From Bacteroidales bacterium (GTDB taxonomy: Bacteria > Bacteroidota > Bacteroidia > Bacteroidales > F082), in assembly GCA_035325985.1 (NCBI GenBank), contig DAOKYW010000016.1, forward strand, positions 4,126 through 68,125: a DNA stretch of 64,000 nucleotides, written 5' to 3'. Within the stretch, counting starts at the first letter, position 1. Every line of letters begins with the position of its first letter. The notes beneath the pieces are model-generated. The model worked only from the letters and a program-made list of their open reading frames with translations, did no database searches and was not told the origin of the DNA. Of this stretch, positions 28,159-36,563 are shown one piece after another. A program made the position numbers and the translations under genes.

Positions 28159-29880
28159 ATGAACCTCAGAATAGAAGTCAACAACAATGTGCTCGAAGCC
28201 CAGCAGGGCGATACCATCCTGGATGCCCTGAACCGGCACGGGATGAGCGTCCCGACACTTTGCCATATGAAAGGGCTTGTACCCACCGGTTCGTGCCGTA
28301 TGTGTGTGGTGGAGGTCGAAGGACGACGAAACCTTGTGCCGGCATGCTCCGAACCTATAACCGACGGTATGCGCATCAAAACACACTCCAACCGTGTGGT
28401 GGAATCGCGCAAAACGATCGTAGAGCTGCTGCTCTCGAACCACCCTGACGACTGCCTTTATTGCGAGCGCAATGGCAGCTGCGAACTTCAGAAGCTTTCG
28501 GAAGACCTCAACGTGCGCGAGCGTCGTATCAGCGGCAACAAAAACAATTACAAACTCGATGTTTCGAGCGCCAGCCTGGTGCGCGATCCCGCCAAGTGTA
28601 TCCTTTGCGGCCGCTGTGTGCGGGTGTGCGAAGAGATAGAAGGCGTTTCGGCCATCGATTTTGTGGGCCGTGGCAGCAAAACACTCATTAATACTTCGTT
28701 CAACCATGGCCTGAACCTGAGCACATGCGTCAACTGCGGACAGTGCATCATGGTATGCCCCACCGGAGCCCTGAAGGAAAAACCGCATATCACCGAAATA
28801 AAAGATAATCTGGGCAACCCCAATAAAACTGTTGTGGTGCAGTATGCACCCAGTATCACGGTTTCGTTTGCCGAAGAATTTGGCATGAAGCCCGGCCAGA
28901 ATGTGATCGGGCTGCTGAATGCCGCTCTCAGGCGTATCGGGTTCGACTATGTATTCGACACCTCCTTTTCGGCCGACCTCACCATTATGGAAGAAGCCTC
29001 CGAGCTCGTTCACCGCATCACCAATGGTGGCACCCTGCCAATGATAACCAGCTGTTGCCCGGGCTGGGTGAAATACGCCGAAGAGTTTGGGCACGACATC
29101 CTGCCTAACCTATCTTCCTGCAAATCACCACAGCAGATGATGGGTGCCATTATCAAAAGCTATTTTGCTCAAGTCGAAGGTTTGGCGCCCGAAAACATCT
29201 ATTCTGTATCCATCATGCCATGCACAGCCAAAAAGTTTGAGCAACAACGCGAAGAGATGACCCAAAATGGCATTTCGGATGTTGACGCGGTGCTCACCAC
29301 CCGCGAACTGGTGCGTTTGATACGCCTCTTCGGCATCGACATCAACAAACTCGAACCCGAAATTGCCGACTCGCCTCTGGGCACACGCTCATCGGCAGGA
29401 AAGATTTTCGGCGCATCGGGCGGTGTGATGGAAGCTGCAATCCGCACGGCACATTTCCTGATTACCGGAAAAGAAATGGTGAGGTTTCAGGTGAAAGCTG
29501 TGCGCGGCCTCAAAGGGCGCAAGGAAGCCACCGTCAAAGTGGGCGAGCTTGAAATAGGTGTAGCAGTTGTCAGCGGACTTAAAAATGCCTCTTTGCTTCT
29601 TGACGAAATACGCAACGGACGCTCCGACATTCATTTCATCGAAGTGATGGCCTGCCCGGGCGGATGTATCAATGGTGGCGGACAGCCTATCGGCACCGAT
29701 GAGGAAGCTGTGAAGGCACGCATGGCATCGCTCTACGATATCGACGAGAAGGATGCTATTAAAGTATCGCACAAGAATCCTTATATCGTTGAGCTGTACG
29801 AAAAGTTCCTGGGTAAGCCGCTGGGTCATAAGAGTCATCAGCTGCTCCACACCCATTATCAAAAGCGCGAAGTGAACTAA
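28159..29880 (+). CDS. hydA: [FeFe]-hydrogenase catalytic subunit (multimeric NuoEF-associated type, HydA/HndD)
   Basis: 573 aa. 2Fe-2S domain (CHMKGLVPTGSCRMCVVEV), HPDDCLYCERNGSC, and two ferredoxin-type 4Fe-4S motifs. All three H-cluster signatures are present: TSCCPGW, MPCTAKKFE and EVMACPGGCINGGGQP. Confidence 0.95.
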   Translation: MNLRIEVNNNVLEAQQGDTILDALNRHGMSVPTLCHMKGLVPTGSCRMCVVEVEGRRNLVPACSEPITDGMRIKTHSNRVVESRKTIVELLLSNHPDDCLYCERNGSCELQKLSEDLNVRERRISGNKNNYKLDVSSASLVRDPAKCILCGRCVRVCEEIEGVSAIDFVGRGSKTLINTSFNHGLNLSTCVNCGQCIMVCPTGALKEKPHITEIKDNLGNPNKTVVVQYAPSITVSFAEEFGMKPGQNVIGLLNAALRRIGFDYVFDTSFSADLTIMEEASELVHRITNGGTLPMITSCCPGWVKYAEEFGHDILPNLSSCKSPQQMMGAIIKSYFAQVEGLAPENIYSVSIMPCTAKKFEQQREEMTQNGISDVDAVLTTRELVRLIRLFGIDINKLEPEIADSPLGTRSSAGKIFGASGGVMEAAIRTAHFLITGKEMVRFQVKAVRGLKGRKEATVKVGELEIGVAVVSGLKNASLLLDEIRNGRSDIHFIEVMACPGGCINGGGQPIGTDEEAVKARMASLYDIDEKDAIKVSHKNPYIVELYEKFLGKPLGHKSHQLLHTHYQKREVN

Positions 29881-29907
29881 TTATACCGAGCCTTAAAACG
29901 GACACTC

Positions 29908-31893
29908 ATGCCACACAACAGCGAGATCAGGCAGCTTGTATTCACGGTGAAAGACCTGTGCAGGATGTGCTTTACCTGTGTGCGGGAGTGTCCGGTGAAG
30001 GCCATACGGATAGCCAACGGTCAGGCCGAAGTAATCAGTGAACGCTGCATAGGTTGTGGCAATTGCGTGAGGGTGTGCCGGCAGGGAGCCAAGAACTTTG
30101 TGCGCCATACCCATCAGGTGCTCGATATGCTGGACAGCGGAAAACGATTGGTAGCCATGGTAGCACCCAGCTTTCCGGCCGAATTTACCGAGCTTGACCA
30201 TCCAGGGCGTTTAGTTGGGATGCTCCGTGCCCTTGGCTTCGAAAAGGTAACCGAAGTGGCCTTCGGCGCCGACCTTGTAGCCCGCAGCTATCGCTCCCTG
30301 TTTCTTGACAACAACCACGGTGCAGTAATTTCATCCGATTGTCCTGCCATTGTCTATTACGTCGAGCACTATCATCCTGAGCTCACGCCGCATCTGGCTC
30401 CGGTCGTTTCGCCCATGGTGGCTGCTGCCCGCAACCTGCTGCGTAAATATGGCGATGATATTACCGTTGTTTTCTTTGGCCCTTGCATCGCCAAGAAAGC
30501 CGAATCGGACGAGGTGCGCTATGCGTTGACTTTTACTGAGTTGCGCGAAATGCTGGCCATCAAGGGTATCGGATACGAAGATTGCGAAATCGCCGGTTTC
30601 GACCCGCCTTTGGCAGGAAAAGGTTCGGTATTTCCCATTAGCCACGGTCTGTTGCAAAACATGGACGTTGCTGCCGACCTCACCCGGGGCGATGTCGTGG
30701 TGGCCGAAGGCAGGGTGAACATCAAAGATGCTATCAACGAATTTGCCCACGGCGTGCTGAACGCCCGGCACCTCGAACTGCTGTGCTGCGAAGGCTGCAT
30801 TATGGGACCCGGCATGAGCCCAAAAGGCAATAAATACGAGCGGCGAAGTCAGGTTTCGGCCTATGTGTCCGCAAAACTCGAAAATTTCGACCGGCAGGCC
30901 TGGGAAGCCGAGTTGGAAGAAGCCAAAAGCCTTGATCTCAGCACCAGTTTCGAAGCCCGCGATCGTAGGTTGCAACGGCCCGACAATGAAGCCATAAACG
31001 CTGTGCTGCAAAAATTCGGCAAGACAAAGCCATCCGATTTGCTCGATTGCGGAGCATGCGGCTACGACAGCTGTATCGAACATGCGGTTGCCGTACTTCA
31101 GGGCCTTGCCGAAGACGAAATGTGCCTGCCTTATACCATCGAAAAGCTACACCAAAGCATAGAGCACCTCAACCTTTCGAACGCCGAACTGGCCAGTGCA
31201 CGCGAAGCCCTCAGGCAATCCGAAAAACTGGCACATATGGGCCAGCTTTCGGCAGGCATTGCCCATGAACTGAATAATCCTCTTGGCGTGATCACGATGT
31301 ACAGCAACCTGCTGCTCGACGATGCCCCTGATGATCAGATGCGTAACGATCTGCAGCTCATTGTGGAACAAGCCGAAAGATGCCGTAAAATTGTGGGCGG
31401 ACTGCTCAATTTCGCACGCAAAAACCAGCTCAGGCTCGTGGAAACCAACGTTGAGTCGCTGGTAAACCGAAGCCTGCAATCGGTAGTGATTCCGCCTGCT
31501 GTTGCAGTGGAAGTGGAAGTCGATCTGACCGACCCCTTTGCATTTATTGATGCCGATCAGATGATGCAGGTACTCACCAATCTGGAAAAGAATGCTGTGG
31601 AAGCCATGCCCGAAGGCGGAATACTGCGAGTCAGGATAGGCGAAAAAAACGAAGAAATAACCATTAGTATTGCTGATACGGGCACCGGTATTTCGCCCGA
31701 AAATATGGATCGGATATTTACTCCTTTCTTTACCACCAAGGAGGTGGGCAAAGGCACCGGGCTTGGGTTGCCGTTGTGCTATGGCATTGTGAAGATGCAC
31801 AAAGGTCAGATCAATGTAACCTCTAACGACCAGCCCGAAAAAGGCCCGACCGGAACAACATTCACTATTGTTTTACCCAGAAAACCCATTTAG
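29908..31893 (+). CDS. [FeFe]-hydrogenase-like (putative sensory) protein fused to a histidine kinase
   Basis: 661 aa. Domain order: 2x CxxCxxCxxxCP ferredoxin domain; H-domain with variant signatures SSDCPAI, GPCIAKKAE and LLCCEGCIMGPG; four-Cys module CGACGYDSC...C; coiled coil; H-box GIAHELNNPLG; N box NLEKNAVEAM; G boxes DTGTGI and GKGTGLGLP. Confidence 0.85.
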   Translation: MPHNSEIRQLVFTVKDLCRMCFTCVRECPVKAIRIANGQAEVISERCIGCGNCVRVCRQGAKNFVRHTHQVLDMLDSGKRLVAMVAPSFPAEFTELDHPGRLVGMLRALGFEKVTEVAFGADLVARSYRSLFLDNNHGAVISSDCPAIVYYVEHYHPELTPHLAPVVSPMVAAARNLLRKYGDDITVVFFGPCIAKKAESDEVRYALTFTELREMLAIKGIGYEDCEIAGFDPPLAGKGSVFPISHGLLQNMDVAADLTRGDVVVAEGRVNIKDAINEFAHGVLNARHLELLCCEGCIMGPGMSPKGNKYERRSQVSAYVSAKLENFDRQAWEAELEEAKSLDLSTSFEARDRRLQRPDNEAINAVLQKFGKTKPSDLLDCGACGYDSCIEHAVAVLQGLAEDEMCLPYTIEKLHQSIEHLNLSNAELASAREALRQSEKLAHMGQLSAGIAHELNNPLGVITMYSNLLLDDAPDDQMRNDLQLIVEQAERCRKIVGGLLNFARKNQLRLVETNVESLVNRSLQSVVIPPAVAVEVEVDLTDPFAFIDADQMMQVLTNLEKNAVEAMPEGGILRVRIGEKNEEITISIADTGTGISPENMDRIFTPFFTTKEVGKGTGLGLPLCYGIVKMHKGQINVTSNDQPEKGPTGTTFTIVLPRKPI

Positions 31894-31920
31894 TAACAAG
31901 GATTCAATACATACAAGATT

Positions 31921-32316
31921 ATGAGCAACGAAAACAAACTGATTCTGATTGCCGACGATGATGCCGACTACCTTTATCAAATGGAAATGATGGTGCGCAG
32001 CTTTGGTTTCAGGGTAAAGACCGCTGAAGGACAGGCAGAAGCAGAAAAAATACTGGAATCCACGAAGCCTGATCTTGCCATTTTCGACCTGATGATGGAA
32101 CAGGAGGACAGCGGATTCATCCTCGCTTACAAAGCACGGCGCAAATACCCCGAAATGCCCATCATTATTGCATCGGCAGCAACCGCCGAAACAGGCTTCA
32201 ATTTTGACCTTTACGACGAGGGCAATAAAAACTGGATCAAGGCCGACCTTTATCTTGAAAAAGGCATACGTCCCGACCAGCTGCACCGCGAAATCAATAA
32301 GCTGCTAAAACTCTGA
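31921..32316 (+). CDS. single-domain (CheY-like) response regulator
   Basis: 131 aa. LIADDDAD and AIFDLMME phospho-acceptor context. No output domain. Confidence 0.88.
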   Translation: MSNENKLILIADDDADYLYQMEMMVRSFGFRVKTAEGQAEAEKILESTKPDLAIFDLMMEQEDSGFILAYKARRKYPEMPIIIASAATAETGFNFDLYDEGNKNWIKADLYLEKGIRPDQLHREINKLLKL

Positions 32317-32385
32317 GTTCATTTTATGCGGATAGTGCATTGACTTAACTTTGCCCCGCCAACCGAAAAGAAATAACCGACGAAT

Positions 32386-33507
32386 ATGGCAACGCTACAA
32401 GTGATGGTGGTTGACGATGAACCGGGAATCCGCTCGGGTGTGGTCCGCATTTTGCAGAACTTCACCGTGGGTTATCCATTCATGGATGAGGACTTCGACT
32501 TTGAGGTGATTGAAGCCGGCACGGGCGAGGAAGCCATTGAATTGCTTAATTCCAGAAAAGTGGATGTAGTGCTGCTCGACAATAAGCTACCGGGCATGGA
32601 TGGCATTGAGGTGCTCGAATACATCAACAAACAGCAGTTCGACCTGGCGGTGATGATGATTACTTCCTACGCCTCGCTCGACCTGGCCATAAGAGCCACC
32701 AAGAGCGGCGCGTATAATTTTATGCCCAAGCCTTTTACTCCGCAGGAACTCAGGGCTACTATAGAAAACGTGGCCAAGCACCTTTTCCTGAAACGCATGA
32801 CCCGCAAAATGCAGATTGAGGGCAAGCAAGTCAGGTTTCAGTTCCTGTCGGTGCTGTCGCACGAGCTCAAATCGCCGCTCAATGCTGTGGAAGGCTACCT
32901 CAAAATGATGCAGGAAAAACAACTGGGCGAAAATATCGACAGCTATGCCACTATGATTGACCGTTCGCTGGCCCGCCTGAAGGGCATGCGCAACCTCATC
33001 ATGGACCTGCTCGACCTTACGCGCATCGAATCGGGAAAGAAGGAGCGCCGTTTGCGCGAAACCGATCTGCCCGCAATTGCCCGGCAGGCCATGGATACCA
33101 TGGAGCCCTATGCCATTCAGAAAAACGTGAAAATGACCTTGTCCAGCAAAGGCAATACAACCCTGCTCGCCGATGCCGATGAAATGGAAATCATTTTCAA
33201 TAACCTGGTTTCCAATGCCGTAAAATACAATAAGGATAACGGCAAAGTGAGCGTACTCATCGAAGAAGCAGGAAAAGAAATTGTTATCCGGGTAAGCGAC
33301 ACAGGCATTGGCATGAGCAAGGAAGATATTGAAAAAATCTTCGAAGACTTTGTGCGGATTAAAAACCAGAAAACCAAAGAGATAACCGGAAGCGGACTGG
33401 GTCTTTCCATCCTTAAGCGTATGGTGGAACTCTATAATGGCACCGTGTCCGTGGAAAGTGTTCCCGACGTAGGCACCACCTTTACAGTAACCATTCCAAA
33501 GCAGTAA
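32386..33507 (+). CDS. receiver-fused histidine kinase (N-terminal REC, then HisKA and HATPase_c)
   Basis: 373 aa. REC (VMVVDDEPG, VLLDNKLPGMDG, PKPF), then H-box LSHELKSPLN and G boxes DTGIGM and GSGLGLS. No TM or other sensor domain. Confidence 0.9.
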   Translation: MATLQVMVVDDEPGIRSGVVRILQNFTVGYPFMDEDFDFEVIEAGTGEEAIELLNSRKVDVVLLDNKLPGMDGIEVLEYINKQQFDLAVMMITSYASLDLAIRATKSGAYNFMPKPFTPQELRATIENVAKHLFLKRMTRKMQIEGKQVRFQFLSVLSHELKSPLNAVEGYLKMMQEKQLGENIDSYATMIDRSLARLKGMRNLIMDLLDLTRIESGKKERRLRETDLPAIARQAMDTMEPYAIQKNVKMTLSSKGNTTLLADADEMEIIFNNLVSNAVKYNKDNGKVSVLIEEAGKEIVIRVSDTGIGMSKEDIEKIFEDFVRIKNQKTKEITGSGLGLSILKRMVELYNGTVSVESVPDVGTTFTVTIPKQ

Positions 33508-33606
33508 ACCGCAAGCATGCAATGACGGAACTTTGACCGCGTTATTAAAATTAAAGAGAAAATATTTAAGTATTAAAGAACCTGATTCCATTATAGAAGC
33601 GCCCAC

Positions 33607-35034
33607 ATGAAATTTTATCCCGAGACATACCGCATTCCCGACGAATCGATGAAGCCCTTTATTGATGATGGAGAGATATGGGATTACCTGAATCAGGCCG
33701 AGGCTACGCCCGAAAACGTCAGGCAAGTTATTGAGAAATCATTTTCGAAGCAGCGCCTTAGCCTGATGGACACTGCCATTTTGCTTCGTGCCGATGATCC
33801 TGACATGATCGAGCAAATCAAGCAGGGCGCCCGCAGTCTGAAAGAGAAGGTATATGGCAAGCGCATTGTGCTTTTTGCACCGCTTTACGTGGGCAACTAC
33901 TGCTCCAACAACTGCCGTTATTGTGGCTTCAAGGCATCAAACAAGGATGCCGTTCGCAAAACACTTACCCGTGAGGAGCTTATCGAAAATGTAAAAGCCC
34001 TGGAAGAACACGGGCAAAAAAGGCTCATTCTTGTTTTTGGCGAACACCGCACCTATTCGCCCGAATTTATTGCCGAAACCGTTCGGGAGGTGTACAAAGT
34101 AAAAAAAGACCATGGCGAAATCAGAAGGGTCAACATCAATGCTGCTCCTTTTGACGTGGAGGGTTTCAGAACAATAGGCCAGTCAGGCATCGGCACCTAT
34201 CAGATTTTTCAGGAAACATATCACCACGAAACCTACGCCAATTGCCATACCTCGGGCAAAAAGTCAGATTACGACTGGCGCCTCACTGCCCTCGACAGAG
34301 CCATGGAAGCCGGCATTGACGATGTAGGCATAGGCGCCCTTTTCGGGTTGTACGACTGGCGGTTCGAGGTGATGGCCCTGGTCCGGCACGTGAATCACCT
34401 CGAAGCATGCTATAATGTTGGCCCGCACACCATCTCATTTCCGCGTATTCAGGACGCACTCGAATACGACCTTGACGATCGCTTTACCGTTTCGGACGAA
34501 GATTTTACGCGCCTTGTGGCCATACTGCGGCTGGCCGTGCCTTATACAGGACTCATTCTTACCGCACGTGAACCCGAGCATATAAGGCGCGAAGTACTGG
34601 CTTTCGGTTGCTCGCAAATTGACGCAGGCACCAAGCTGGAGATAGGCGCTTATGCCGAAAACCCCTCGGTAGATCAAAACCTCACAAAAGAGCAGTTTAA
34701 AATCAATGACGACCGCAGCCTGAACGAAGTCATCGACGAGCTGCTCGAAGCCGATTACATCCCCTCATTCTGTACAGCGTGCTATCGCAAGGGCCGCACA
34801 GGCCAACACTTCATGGAATTCAGCGTTCCGGGATTTATCAAGCACTTCTGCACCCCAAATGCCCTGCTTACACTGGCAGAATATATCGAGGACTATGCCA
34901 CTGATGCTACTGCCGAAAAGGGCTGGCGTGTCATTGAGCGCAGCATTGCCGCGCTGGACGACCCTCGCTACGAAGCACAGGTGCGCGAACGTATCGGACG
35001 CATCCGGCAGGGCGAACGCGACCTTTACTTCTGA
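33607..35034 (+). CDS. hydG: [FeFe]-hydrogenase H-cluster radical SAM maturase HydG
   Basis: 475 aa. Radical SAM CSNNCRYC plus a C-terminal CTAC-X22-C auxiliary cluster motif. Confidence 0.93.
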   Translation: MKFYPETYRIPDESMKPFIDDGEIWDYLNQAEATPENVRQVIEKSFSKQRLSLMDTAILLRADDPDMIEQIKQGARSLKEKVYGKRIVLFAPLYVGNYCSNNCRYCGFKASNKDAVRKTLTREELIENVKALEEHGQKRLILVFGEHRTYSPEFIAETVREVYKVKKDHGEIRRVNINAAPFDVEGFRTIGQSGIGTYQIFQETYHHETYANCHTSGKKSDYDWRLTALDRAMEAGIDDVGIGALFGLYDWRFEVMALVRHVNHLEACYNVGPHTISFPRIQDALEYDLDDRFTVSDEDFTRLVAILRLAVPYTGLILTAREPEHIRREVLAFGCSQIDAGTKLEIGAYAENPSVDQNLTKEQFKINDDRSLNEVIDELLEADYIPSFCTACYRKGRTGQHFMEFSVPGFIKHFCTPNALLTLAEYIEDYATDATAEKGWRVIERSIAALDDPRYEAQVRERIGRIRQGERDLYF

Positions 35035-35073
35035 TTTCTTACTCACGCGAAAAGACTCATTGCACTTCAAGCC

Positions 35074-36282
35074 ATGGTAAAAGGAAAAGACCTCAAACCT
35101 CATATCGGGATATTCGGACGACGCAACAACGGCAAGAGTTCCATTATCAATCTGATGGTCAATCAGGAAGTAGCCATTGTATCGCCCGAACCGGGAACAA
35201 CCACCGACCCGGTGAAGAAATCGATCGAAATTTTCGGCATCGGACCGGCCATCATCATCGATACCGCAGGCATTGATGATACCGGCGAACTGGGTGAAAA
35301 GCGTGTGCAAAAAAGCCTTCAGGCCATAAAAACCATCGACTGCGCCATACTTGTCATCACCGAAAACCAGTTCGGGTTTTACGAAAAAGAGCTCATCAAA
35401 CAGTTCCGTGAACATCAGGTGCCCTATCTAATCCTGCACAACAAATCCGACCTGCAGCCTCTGGAAGAAATTACCCGCGAAAAAATCCGTGAGTTTAGCA
35501 AGGCTGAGGTAATTGACTTTACCACCACTAACCAACTCGGACTGGAAGCATTCATAACCGCATTGAAAAAAACTATTCCGGAAACAGTTTATCAGAAACC
35601 GTCTTTATTGGGTGGGTTGGTAGAGCCCGGCGGTGTTGTGGTGCTGGTTACGCCCATCGATTCCGAAGCCCCCGACGGACGCATGATATTGCCGCAGGTG
35701 ATGGCCATACGCGATGTGCTGGATAACGACTGTATTTGCGTAGTGCTCAAGGAAACGCAGCTTGAACAGTATTTCCGCGAGGGAATGCCCGGGCCTCAGC
35801 TGGTTGTTACCGATAGTCAGGCCTTTGGTTTTGTAAGCAAGGTGGTTCCTGCCGAAATACCGCTAACCAGTTTCAGCATCGTTTTTGCCCGGCTGCGGGG
35901 CGATTTTGAGCACTACCTGAAGGGAACAGCCATGCTATCAGCGCTTGACGACGAAGACAAAGTGCTCATCCTCGAATCGTGCACCCATCAGGTGAGTTGC
36001 GAAGACATCGGCCGGCACAAGTTGCCCCGCTGGATTAAAGAGTTTACCGGAAAGAATGTGCATTGCGATATTGTTGCAGGCCTGGCTCAGGTAGCTGATG
36101 TGCACCAATACAAGCTCGTGATACAGTGCGGAGGTTGTGTTGTTACCCGCAAACAGCTCATCAACCGGCTACGACCTGCCGTGAATGCCGGCGTAGCCGT
36201 GAGCAATTATGGCATGGCCATTGCATGGATGAACGGCATTTTCGGCAGGGTGACACAACCCTTTCACAAACTCTATTCATAA
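35074..36282 (+). CDS. hydF: [FeFe]-hydrogenase H-cluster maturation GTPase HydF
   Basis: 402 aa. P-loop GRRNNGKSS, DTAG, and NKSD. The C-terminal cluster motif is CTH-X45-QCGGC, with Gln where many HydF proteins have His. Confidence 0.92.
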   Translation: MVKGKDLKPHIGIFGRRNNGKSSIINLMVNQEVAIVSPEPGTTTDPVKKSIEIFGIGPAIIIDTAGIDDTGELGEKRVQKSLQAIKTIDCAILVITENQFGFYEKELIKQFREHQVPYLILHNKSDLQPLEEITREKIREFSKAEVIDFTTTNQLGLEAFITALKKTIPETVYQKPSLLGGLVEPGGVVVLVTPIDSEAPDGRMILPQVMAIRDVLDNDCICVVLKETQLEQYFREGMPGPQLVVTDSQAFGFVSKVVPAEIPLTSFSIVFARLRGDFEHYLKGTAMLSALDDEDKVLILESCTHQVSCEDIGRHKLPRWIKEFTGKNVHCDIVAGLAQVADVHQYKLVIQCGGCVVTRKQLINRLRPAVNAGVAVSNYGMAIAWMNGIFGRVTQPFHKLYS

Positions 36283-36509
36283 AATATTCCTTTGAGCCGG
36301 GCAACACGCAAAGCCTCAGTGCCGGAAAACAAGAAGTGCCTGCAAATAAAAAGCCTGATCTTATTATAGATGCGTGGCTCAGTGCAAAAGCCTGACCAAT
36401 ATTAGTGTTTCCATGGGCGGGGAAATCTATTCTCCTCATGCCGGAAACACTATGCACCTTGTGCACAGGAAAAATCCATAAACAACAAAACAGGGAATTA
36501 AACAATAAA

Positions 36510-36527
36510 CCCCGCCAAAAGGCGGGG
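36510..36527. terminator. GC-rich hairpin between the convergent hydF and carboxyltransferase genes
   Basis: CCCCGCC-AAAA-GGCGGGG. On the minus strand it is followed by TTTATTGTTT, and on the plus strand by CTTTCTCC. Confidence 0.65.
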
Positions 36528-36563
36528 CTTTCTCCATTGGGTATATTGAATATTGGTTAGGAT

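Noticed and set aside
28069-29094. 341-aa ORF on the minus strand, opposite hydA
   Set aside because: It lies entirely antisense to a gene with unmistakable H-cluster motifs. Its composition (His/Ala/Gly/Arg-rich, no recognisable motif) is typical of stop-poor shadow frames.
32587-33726. 379-aa minus-strand ORF opposite the REC-kinase gene and the hydG start
   Set aside because: A shadow ORF antisense to two well-supported genes. No domain signature.
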